56,429 nt of DNA from Diadema antillarum (Eukaryota), in assembly GCF_040938485.1 (NCBI RefSeq), contig NW_027271814.1:744001-800429 (forward strand), read 5' to 3'. The notes below the pieces were generated by a model. It worked only from the letters and a program-made list of their open reading frames with translations. It was not told the origin of the DNA and searched no databases. How positions within the stretch are numbered: position 1 is the first letter of the stretch; each line of letters begins with the position of its first letter. A program made the position numbers and the translations under genes. Below are positions 51,892 through 56,429 of this stretch, piece after piece.

Positions 51892-52634
51892 TCCTGTAGA
51901 ACCGGGCATTGCAGGTTGTACCTGTTCAGTTTTTGTCCCACACTTACGTCTTTCTGACAGGCAGTTTATATACAAATCACTTCTAGATGTGGCAAAATAA
52001 GAAAAAAAATCACTTAAAAAACCACAACAAAAACAAACAAAGATTCTTGATTTTTTCCCCTTTGTTAACCAAATCTTCCAATCTTACATGGATATTATCT
52101 GTGAAAATAACACGTTGCATCCTGTTTTCTAAATTTACATATTATTCATCCGTTCATGGAGAATGATATTTAGAGTGCACTCTGTATCATGCAATGTAGG
52201 TAAAGGTATTACTTTAGGGCCAAGAACACCTTTCCCACTCCTATTCCACAAAGAAAAACAAACAAACAAAACAACATAAAAAAGATGAAATGGAACAGAA
52301 AAATAATCAGCTTTCACAAAACAATCAAGATTTGATGAGTAAAAATGTCACAGATGGATGATATCCTCTTAAGGCCTTTGTTTCCCAAATGCCTTTGATA
52401 TAATAATATAAACAAATCATCATTGGTAAAGACAGAGGCACTAGTATAGGTGAGCATGTCAGCTTACCCCAAAATCCTATTGACATTGTTAGTAAATCTG
52501 TTGCTGATGCAACTGAAGGAGTTAACAATGGCTGGGAGTCAAGACAGTGCCATCGGCATCAGTCCACATCTTTGAAAGAGATGATCATTTGGGAATTCAT
52601 CGGGATGAGACTGTTGTAGTGCAAATATAACACG

Positions 52635-53100
52635 AGTTACACGTAGGTTCACACGCTGTTCGTAAACTTTAAGTTTAGGTCGAAAATTCTCAATGATTAG
52701 TTCGTAGTTTAGCACCGTGTGGACGCACTCGAAAGTTAGCAATCTTAAAGTTTAGTCGATGATTAGAACCACAAGACATCTTAGGGTTTACGCTCTCTCC
52801 ATGAGCCACGGGGGTCCCCACTCGTAGTCTCACTCCGTGTGGACACAATAATCAACGAGCTTGTGAGTTGGCGTGAACTTCGTGTCTCATTCGTTGCAAT
52901 AATTTGTATGGGCATGAGGTCATCTAGCAAAGACTCTGCACTTCCGTTGTAATCATCGAGTGGGACTCGCTCATAAGTTGAAACGTAAAATTTATGCGCG
53001 CGTGTGAACCCGCGTCGTGAATTCACGAGTGGAGCTAATCATCAACAGTTACGTTTTTTGACCTAAACTTCAAGTTTGGCAACTGCGTGTGAACGTAACT
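52635..53100 (-). mobile_element. Longer, diverged relative of the 3015-3356 MITE in opposite orientation
   Basis: Right end gcgtgtgaacgtaact, left end agttac(acgtag)gttcacacgc. Reverse complement of 52803-52857 aligns with about 3160-3214. Confidence 0.7.
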
Positions 53101-53153
53101 ATAGTCTGACAGAGATAAGTGGATGAAATCACAGTAGAAATACAGATGTGGTA

Positions 53154-53246
53154 TTAACCCGTTGAGGACGAGTCGCGAGTATACTCAGGCAAACGTCCAC
53201 GGGAAATGCGTGTTATAGCAAAATCAAACCATCCTCAACGGGTTAA
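53154..53246 (+). mobile_element. 93-bp TTAA-flanked piggyBac-like mini-MITE
   Basis: ttaacccgttgaggacgag...catcctcaacgggttaa, perfect 12-bp TIR (cccgttgaggac/atcctcaacggg differ only at the inner base) inside TTAA. Confidence 0.85.
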
Positions 53247-54261
53247 TGGTGACAGAAGTTTTGAAATCACAAACTTTGCACAACTTCTTTGTTACATCAG
53301 TGCTTAGGAAGGCCTACATCACATTCAGTTTCTGTGGTTTTCAGCCACATAGGAGGAGATAGTGAAATAGGCGCCCCGAGAAAGACTCATGAAAACAATT
53401 GTATTGGACGAGGACACAAGAACAAGAAGTGGTTGGTTTCTTGTGGTTGGTTTCTTGTGGTTGGTTTCCAGTACATGAGGATAGTGCATATGGGGGGGGG
53501 GGGGGGGGGGGCAAAAGAGATTCCAGACACTAAACTCTGGAGAAAGGCTCATGAAATGTGATGCGGGAGATGGGATGGGTAGGGGAGGGGTTGGAGCTTC
53601 AGGGAGAGCAGGGAGGTGAGGAGGCAGTGGAGCTCCCAACAAACCAGCAAGCCAATGGGGGCGGTGGACAGGAAAAGAATGGGGGGGGGGAGAAAATAAG
53701 TATAGGGAATACTCTAACATTCAATGAGAAAAATGAACATTAGGAGGACAGGAGGAGAAAGAGGAAGAGGAGGAGGAGGAGGAGGAATTGAGATGGGAGG
53801 ATGAAAACATTTTGATGGCATCAAGAATAGTTTCTGTTTAGTTTGTCTGCCTGTCCAATGTCATGGGGTCGAGACTGGAGCTTTCAGCCTTGACTCTGAG
53901 TGAAGGGTGAAGTTTGACCTTTCAACCCAGTTGACTCGTCACAAATTCCCACCGGCTTGCTTCGATTATACTGGGAACATTTATTGGAGCTGGAGAAGTC
54001 GGTGGGAGAGAAGAAAGAAGACATAGTGAAGGCTGTTATCGAGGGCAGCAAATGAAATGAGGAAAGTGTAAACAGTTGTGAAATGTTCTTGAGGGTCCCA
54101 GTAACTCCCTGCGGAAATCACACAATTCTGAAGAAGAAGAAAAAGAATCTACCTCTTAAAGACATATTATGCCAAGTTTATATACATGATTCAACTCTTG
54201 ATATCATGTGTCTGGTGAAAAGGAGGACTAGCGAGTCTTGTCTCATTATTTTCCACTCTCC

Positions 54262-54292
<31 letters not shown>

Positions 54293-55144
54293 GTGAAGAA
54301 AGAGTTAATTCTATATGTCAGTTGATCCTACATGGTAATCTTCAGACTTCACTGAGAGTGTTTTTGTGTGTCTGTATGTGTGTTTTCTTTTTGTCTCTTC
54401 TTTCAGTCAATTTTTGCCTTTTTCAGAGCAATAATTCCTGTTCCCTGTGAGCTTTTCAAAGTAGAAAATGTTATTTCCGTTCTTTTTGTCATAGCGTGCT
54501 CTTTTCATTTCTGAGTTATAACTTGATGACTTAGAGTTGACGCATTATGAAAACAATCTAATGACATCCCTTCCTAGTTCCTTCCTGCACTCTGCATGTC
54601 TTCCGTAAATCTTGAAACCCGAATCGTATTTTCTTGTTCTTTCCTGACGGATTCATTTAATGAGAAAGACAGAACAGCGAAAAACCAGCCGTGAACGAGG
54701 GACATCTTTTCTGATCATGTGATATTTTTTTTTTTTCTTCTTCTGTGCATTGATAACACTGCAGTCGGGATAACATCAAATTAGCAAGGTCTTTGGCAGG
54801 ATGTTTTCATTATTAAGCTCATAGTGTTGTTGGGTCCAAATTATGTCAGATGATTACATAGGCAATGAAGTGGTTCAGCAAAATAAAATGAGCCATTCAA
54901 ATATATTTACACACATCTCTTCATTTTGCCCAAGCATTGAAATGAAAGGAAGTCTATTCTTTTCTGTATGCACAGTTGCCTGTGAGTTGACTGAATCAGA
55001 CGTGTACACATCATTTTATGGTACTAGTTGCAATGAGCAAAGTCTTGATGCTGCATGTAAGATGATTTATATCTTGGCCAGATATTAATTTCCTTTTTCA
55101 TCTTTCTCTTCTGTGTTTCCCTTTTTTTTTCTCTCTCTCTGCAG

Positions 55145-55201
55145 TAACAGTCTCCATCATACAATATCAGATCTAAAACCAGCCACAGAGTACCAACTAT
55201 G
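55145..55201 (+). CDS. FNDC3: Next coding exon (57 nt, symmetric phase 2-2) of the FNDC3-like gene, FN3 strands E-F
   Basis: Long pyrimidine tract 55090-55140 plus gcag acceptor and ATG|gtaagt donor at 55202. In frame with the upstream exon (TG|T = Cys): NSLHHTISDLKPATEYQL, containing the FN3 L-x-P-x-T-x-Y signature (compare FNDC3A TLNDLKPAMDYH). Confidence 0.87.
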
Positions 55202-56146
55202 GTAAGTCACACCAGATGCAACAGGAGATAGAGGAGAGAAGCTGACATCGAGATGTAAATGAAACTAGCCTTTTAGTCAGCCTTTAGATTGATGATAGGA
55301 GAAGATGATATTATCAAACTATGTAATGAATGAGGCTGTCACAAGATGATGAAAAGCAAGAACTCTTTGTAGTTTCAGTAACCAAAAGGAGCAGTTATTA
55401 CTGTTAGTTATTGAACCAGTTAGCCGTCACAAACGTTTAACAGGACATGTATATGTCACTGCTTCCCTGATCATCAGTCACTGTAGAAATGTTATGATCA
55501 CATACCGGTACATTTCACGGAAAATACTATCACCAGTCTGTTGTCCCTGTCTTTGCTTTGAAGCCATGAATTTGTAGGAAGAAAGAATACATTGTAATTG
55601 ATGTCAGAATTACAATTGAAGATTCTTGAGAAAGCTAAAATGTCCCTTTGAGGAATAATGCAGCCATTCAGAACAAATTCTAACTTTAGTAGGATATTTT
55701 GTAGAATAAATCATGCAGTGCTCAGCGTAGAATTGAAGTTCTTTGGGAGATCACATTTCTATTGTTTGGCCCGTAGTATTGTAATAGAAATTTTTGTCCA
55801 ACGAAAACAACTATTGAAAGCCTGTGTTGGCAAAACAAAGAGAACGCTCACATGCCATGACAGGATTTGATAGACCAAACTGTGAAGACCCTCATAGGAT
55901 TGTGCATACATCACTTTTTTTTTTACAAAGAGTTTTCTACCATGATGGTAAATGTGTAACCTTCCTCCAACCAATTTCCAAATGATACTTTTCTTTCCGT
56001 AGTTTGAGGAAATGTGACGAGATGCCAGGTTTTCTTCTGCTTTTGTGTCGCTTAAAGGCAGTGCAGCACTGTAGAAGGATAACATTGCATTTGCCATGTT
56101 GGGGTCTGTGGGAAATGCTCAACCCATACACACTCCACTTGAGGGC

Positions 56147-56429
56147 TTAAAGGGATGGTATAGTATTGGTTGAGGTGATTAAGCATTTTGCAACTTAGAA
56201 ACCACTTTATGAAATGTTAAAGAGCATACAATTCTAAGAGAATTCAAAGTTTATTTGATGAAAAATAATTCTTGATATGGCTGAGATGTCCAAAAACAAA
56301 GTAAAACAAAGCAATCCTAATAAAAGGTAGGTCCCAACCTTATATTTGGATAGCTCTGTTTTGGATATCTCGGCCATTTCAAAACCAATTTTCATCAAAT
56401 AAACTTTGAATTCCTCTAGAATTGTTTGC
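56147..56429. mobile_element. Same fold-back MITE family, truncated by window end
   Basis: ttaaagggatggtatagtattggttgagg...tggctgagatgtccaaaa...ttttggatatctcggcca. A further fragment lies at about 18970-19075. Confidence 0.8.

Larger units (their letters stand above)
20866..55144 (+). other. FNDC3: 34,279-bp GT-AG intron splitting the first FN3 domain
   Basis: Defined by the two phase-compatible exons. I found no other FN3-like exon between them by eye. Confidence 0.8.

Overview
Eukaryotic, AT-rich genomic DNA (roughly 35-40% GC by eye, CpG-depleted, many homopolymer runs and MITEs). It looks like a marine invertebrate deuterostome, probably a sea urchin, which is inference only. Nearly all ORF-track entries are spurious. 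The only protein-coding sequence I can support is two + strand exons that the ORF track missed: 20637-20865 (229 nt, phase 1 to 2) and 55145-55201 (57 nt, phase 2 to 2). They splice in frame across a 34,279-bp intron to give (D)PHTKKLKDLLSSIQPPEVEQPSARSVTVRWSIPEPYHVGQGDEDLYEDRGIDPAAISYELTVVDKSKSSSPKTIQC-NSLHHTISDLKPATEYQL. This matches the linker and first fibronectin type III domain of FNDC3A/FNDC3B-family proteins, so the whole window probably lies inside one FNDC3-like gene. The introns contain many non-autonomous DNA transposons: Helentron-associated HINE/DINE-1/pearl-like elements, TTAA-flanked mini-MITEs and fold-back MITEs, Harbinger-like, Tc1/mariner-like and hAT-like MITEs. They also contain microsatellites, a 172-N gap and several CpG-rich non-repeat islands that look regulatory. 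The most notable observation is a HINE ending about 40 nt upstream of the first exon, with a 159-bp tandem array in which every monomer keeps a perfect RFX X-box-type motif. A stand-alone X-box also lies in a candidate alternative promoter at 5.8 kb. I found no rRNA, intact tRNA, CRISPR array or intact transposase, and nothing I can claim with confidence as a new biological system.
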